Assembly: GCA_964016885.1 (NCBI GenBank)
Contig: CAXHJY010000551.1
Span: forward strand, 1 to 64,000
Reading direction: 5' to 3'
DNA: 64,000 nucleotides
From: Eledone cirrhosa
Lineage: Eukaryota
In this document: positions 59,270 to 64,000 of the stretch, one piece after another
Position numbering within the stretch: position 1 is the stretch's first letter
How the letters are laid out: each line of letters begins with the position of its first letter
Position numbers and translations under genes: made by a program
The notes under the pieces: model-generated
Databases searched by the model: none
Told to the model about the DNA's origin: nothing
What the model saw: only the letters and a program-made list of their open reading frames with translations

Positions 59270-59460
59270 GTATGTAAAAGGTAAACAGAAATAACAACAC
59301 AATCGATACAGTATATGGGAGGGATATATTAGGTTAACGCCTGATATAGCAGGAAGAGGGACTTAACGTTTCGGCCGCTAGTCCTTTATCAGAAGAAAGA
59401 ATGAGAAGGAAGATAGATTGTGGGAACAGGCGGGTGGAATTGGAAAAAAATGTCTTTAGA
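59270..59460 (-). mobile_element. PLE-like family I remnant (second tail copy at 60290-60360)
   Basis: Minus-strand CTGATAAaggactagcggccGAAAcgtt degenerate core; gtaaaaggtaaacagaaataacaacacaatcg is duplicated at 60293. Confidence 0.55.
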
Positions 59461-59539
59461 TAAAAATAACAGGTCCATTCATATTGCCATCACTTTGTGT
59501 GTGTCTGTGTGTGTGTGAGAGTGAGAGAAGGAGAGATAG

Positions 59540-59612
<73 letters not shown>

Positions 59613-60058
59613 GTGTATATGTACATATATACATTCATACACACACATATATGGATGAAGATAGCGAACAAGTTCGGCTAAGGACGATGCATTCCAGTGC
59701 CAATTCCTAGATAAGCAATGTTAATGTGTATTACAAATGCAAATGCACAATAGATGATGCATCAGAAACCACTACGCTTCACAATTCTATTTCTTTTCCC
59801 CATGGTATTTGTTAGGGTAAAGTTTAGTGTTAGGGTTAAAGATTGGGTTGTCTACTTGAAACGGCATACACGCGGTCCAGAAGACTAATTCCATTATTTC
59901 TATTCAATATCGTAAGAGTCCACTCTGAAGAAAATAATTCATTTCTTGCATCATTGGTTTTATAGTGACTACCTTAAATAATTCGACTTCTTTTACCTCT
60001 GTGCAAATGAAATTTCACTAAATTACTCAGAAGATATAATTATGTGTAAATATATATA

Positions 60059-60236
60059 TGGCAGTATCAGTAGAGGGTCGGACGCCATGCTTAACGCATA
60101 GAGTTACGGCCTTTGCCATTCTGAGTTCAAATCCCGCCGAGGTTAACTTTGCCTTTCATCCTTATGGAGTCGATAAAATAAAGTACCAGTAATACACTGG
60201 GCATTTGCTGGCCTTGTGCCAAAAGTAGAAACAATT
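60059..60236 (+). mobile_element. Near full-length SINE-A
   Basis: Close match to 11520-11705. Confidence 0.88.
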
Positions 60237-60241
60237 ATGTG

Positions 60242-60280
<39 letters not shown>

Positions 60281-60361
60281 ATATGTATGTATGTAAAAGG
60301 TAAACAGAAATAACAACACAATCGGTACAGTATATGGAAGGGATATATTAGCTTAACGCTT

Positions 60362-60396
<35 letters not shown>

Positions 60397-60415
60397 AATA
60401 AATATATATATATGT

Positions 60416-60456
<41 letters not shown>

Positions 60457-60654
60457 TATGTATACGTACATACATATATGAATACAGACGTACAGTAGTA
60501 TGTATATGTACATACATGCACACATATATATATGTACGTATGGATTTACCGAACATTTATTATAATGCTCAGTTTGTTTGTAAAAAGCCGTACTAAGAGT
60601 TTGTAACAGTCGTATTAAGAGTGAGAAATGAAATTTCTTTTCATTTTTTCCATT

Positions 60655-60717
<63 letters not shown>

Positions 60718-60906
60718 CAATAGTACAGCATATTCGAAGTTCGATCAGCAGTTAAGCCAACGAATGCCTTCAGCAGTGCAGCCAAGCACTCGACGAAGAA
60801 TAGACCTCAGTGAAATAACATACAGTTTAAAGGGCTTTGCAAATTGAAAATAGCGACCGTTAATTCAGCCGCGTGATCTGTAGCAACGAGAGAACTGATA
60901 TATAAT

Positions 60907-61341
<435 letters not shown>

Positions 61342-61357
61342 TATATATATATATATA

Positions 61358-61651
61358 TCTAGGGAGTCTAACTTGGAGTTACTGTAGGTTCACTCGGGTG
61401 AGCACTCGATGTTTAGGTTCACTTCAGTGTCGAGGTGTAGAGCTAGACAGAGTATTATGGTCAAATAAGATAACAAGGACGATTGGTTACTCCTTCATTA
61501 CGTTTATTGGTTGGTGACGCACGTTTCGCCACTGATCAGCTCAAGGTTAGATCTGAATCGATCTGACCCGACTCTGTAATCCGCGGCTCGTCAGACCCCA
61601 TGTAATGTTAATATGAAGGTACTCTAATCGTCCTTGTTATATTATTTCACT
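61358..61651 (-). mobile_element. PLE-like family G insertion
   Basis: Inverted ends aaataagataacaaggacgatt / aatcgtccttgttatattattt; minus-strand hammerhead; tail hairpin 61404-61453; flanked by (TA)n. Confidence 0.75.
61512..61600 (-). ncRNA. Type I hammerhead with a large stem II insertion (family G)
   Basis: ggt CTGACGA gccgc...(~50 nt)...gtggc GAAA cg-tg-cg TC acc; canonical G10.1-C11.1 pair and GUC triplet. Confidence 0.75.
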
Positions 61652-61779
61652 ATATATATATATATAGGGTATCCCAAACAAAAGCAGTATAAACGCTTCA
61701 ACAACATTCTAATAAATATTCCCTGTATGTGAGTATACATTTTTTGGACATACACTATATATACACTGCCAGCTTAAAC

Positions 61780-61955
61780 CTCTTCAAATGAAGTCGGTGT
61801 TATAACGGTATGTCGAATCTATTTATCTATAAAACTGTTTATATTGTATTTTGTCTGATGAAGGCATAGCATATTGTTAATATGATATCCCCGAAATATA
61901 TATAGTGAAATAAATATGGTTTTATAAATATAGTTTTCCATTTATTTAATATTGT
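61780..61955 (+). mobile_element. Family C copy without tail
   Basis: Matches 33285-33423; CTGATGA 61855-61, GAAA 61893-96. Confidence 0.75.
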
Positions 61956-62299
61956 ATATATATATATATATATATTTATTAAAATAACAGATTAAAGTTT
62001 AAGCAAAGAATCGCTGCTTTCACCCTTAACGGGATCTTCTGAAACTAACAAAGTCAATCTGTAAACGCAGAACTGGATATTTCAAAAAACGTTGCAACCG
62101 GAGGAAGACAGGAAGACGATACTTTGGTTCGTGGAAACGTTCGCTGGCTAAGAACGGGGAAAAACGAATAATACGTCATAATAGGAGCGGTGAATATATA
62201 TATATATGCCGGCATATATCGAAGGTTGCGTTTTGTTTTGTTTTGGCCACCGCCGAAATACGATCTCGCTGAAATTATATTTGTCTCTATATATATATA

Positions 62300-62658
62300 A
62301 ATGAAGTAATTCCATCGGAAAAGTCCAGGAAAAAAGAGTGTTCTATGTAGGTAACAGAGCTTAATAGTTATGTAATAAACAACATAAGGCAATTATTCTA
62401 TTTACCAGTGGTTTCTTAAAAGCAAACAAATTTTGCTTTCAATCATCAGAATGAAAAAATCCTGGTGTTTTTATTGACGTTGGATTTTAAAAACAAAAAT
62501 GCAATCTAAGAGATAGATTGCATTTTTGTTTTTAAAATCCAACGTCAATAAAAACACCAGGATTTTTTCATTCTGATGATTGAAAGCAAAATTTGTTTGC
62601 TTTTAAGAAACCACTGGTAAATGGAATAATTGCATTATGTTGTTTATTACATAACTAT
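62300..62658 (-). mobile_element. Family E fold-back insertion (145-bp arms, 5-nt loop)
   Basis: Arms 62364-62508 / 62514-62658 are near perfect; tail 62300-62363; flanked by (TA)n. Confidence 0.82.
62566..62626 (+). ncRNA. Type I hammerhead ribozyme motif (family E; mirrored on the minus strand)
   Basis: ttcatt CTGATGA ttgaaagcaaa-atttg-tttgcttttaa GAAA ccactgg TA aatgga; 11-bp stem II; predicted cut after 62619. Confidence 0.8.
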
Positions 62659-62821
62659 ATATATAGGGGGGGGGGTATCTGCGCGTGTGTATCTGTGTGT
62701 GTGATAAACGTCTACATTTTCCGTCTATTTCCATTTAAAAGGTATTGGTCAATGCAAGGTTATAGTAGAGCCCATTTGTCCAAGGTGCTGCGCAGTGGGT
62801 CTGAACCCAGAACCTCATGTA

Positions 62822-62862
<41 letters not shown>

Positions 62863-63052
62863 ATTGTATGTGTGTTTGTGTATGAGTGTTGGTAAGAGGA
62901 TGTATGTGTCTATGTGATTATAGAACTAGCTGAAAGAAATAGACGGTGGGTGGAGGAGGGACAGTGACAGACAGGTTATGTGATGTTAGGTACTAAAAGA
63001 CATTATAGAAATAGAAACATTAAGACAATATATAAAACAAAAGTAAAGATTA

Positions 63053-63131
63053 TAGCAGCAGCAGCAGCAACAGTAGCAGTAGTAGTAGTAGTAGTAGTAG
63101 TAGTAGCAGCAGCAGCAGCAGCAACAGTAGC

Positions 63132-63175
<44 letters not shown>

Positions 63176-63197
63176 CAGCAGCAGCAGCAACAGTAGC

Positions 63198-63232
<35 letters not shown>

Positions 63233-63263
63233 CATTAGTACTAGTAGCAGCAGTAGCAGCAGC

Positions 63264-63325
<62 letters not shown>

Positions 63326-63432
63326 CAGTAGTAGTAGTAGCATTAGTAGTAGTAGTAGTAGTAGCAGAAGTAGTAGTAGTAGTAGTAGTAGTAGGAGCAA
63401 CAGAAGCACCAGCAGCAGCAGTAGTAGTAGCG
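63053..63432. repeat. Compound (GTA)n/(GCA)n array with a 5' higher-order unit repeated 3 times
   Basis: (gca)n-gcaacagtagca-(gta)n repeated at ~63055, 63105 and 63175. Confidence 0.95.
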
Positions 63433-63518
63433 CTGGTAGTGGTGGTGCGTGGAAGGTATTCATAGAGAGTGGTTTTCTGGAAGAGGTAAAGCGGGATGAT
63501 AGAGGCCCGAAAGAGAGA

Positions 63519-63553
<35 letters not shown>

Positions 63554-63559
63554 AGGGTG

Positions 63560-63626
<67 letters not shown>

Positions 63627-64000
63627 GCGAGAGAGAGTATAAGTCGACGAAATGTTAAACGATAAAAGAGAGAGTTAGAAAGAAAGGAAGATATATATAT
63701 ATAACTATATAACTATATATATATAGAGAGAGAGGGGAAGAAATAGAAAGAGAGAGAGAAAAAGAGAGAAAGAGAGAGAGAGAGCGAGAGCGAGAGAGAG
63801 GGGGACAAAGTGAGAGAGAGTGAGAGAGAGGGAGAGCGAGAGAGAGCGAGAGAGAGCGAGAGAGAGAGAGAGAGATGGAGAGTGAATTTACGTAGAGGAG
63901 TTTAAAGAAAGTTTAAGATAGGTTAGGAGTATATTGTGAAGGGAATAGGTGATGTAGCAGCAGGAGTAGCAGCAGCAGCAGTGCGCGACAGCAGTGGTTG

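Noticed and set aside
61665-61758. Possible small Tc1-type MITE (tagggtatccc ... ggacatacacta)
   Set aside because: TIR match too weak; single copy
62980-63465. Poly-Val/Ala and poly-Leu ORFs (also 28031-28423)
   Set aside because: Trinucleotide microsatellite read-through

Overview
Eukaryotic, AT-rich, repeat-saturated non-genic (intergenic or intronic) DNA. The SINE families and dense (TA)n/(CA)n/(GA)n/(TATC)n microsatellites strongly resemble an Octopus (cephalopod) genome; this is inferred from recall, not from a search. No host exon can be supported, and almost all listed ORFs are microsatellite read-throughs. Recognisable elements: two 5'-truncated L1/Tx1 copies tandemly inserted in (TATC)n, a decayed internally deleted L1/Tx1, RTE fragments (one with a TSD), a near full-length DD37D-like Tc1/mariner element, several MITEs and at least four SINE-like families. 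The most striking pattern is about 20 short insertions from 8 or more sequence-unrelated families, nearly all embedded in (TA)n. Collectively they show three features (not every copy has all three): (i) a type I hammerhead ribozyme core, (ii) a fold-back inverted duplication ending at a fixed boundary, and (iii) a short 3' tail with a covarying ACTC-stem-loop-stem-bulge-GAGTRC hairpin. These are best read as Penelope-like element (PLE) pLTR derivatives that share a conserved cis-acting structure.
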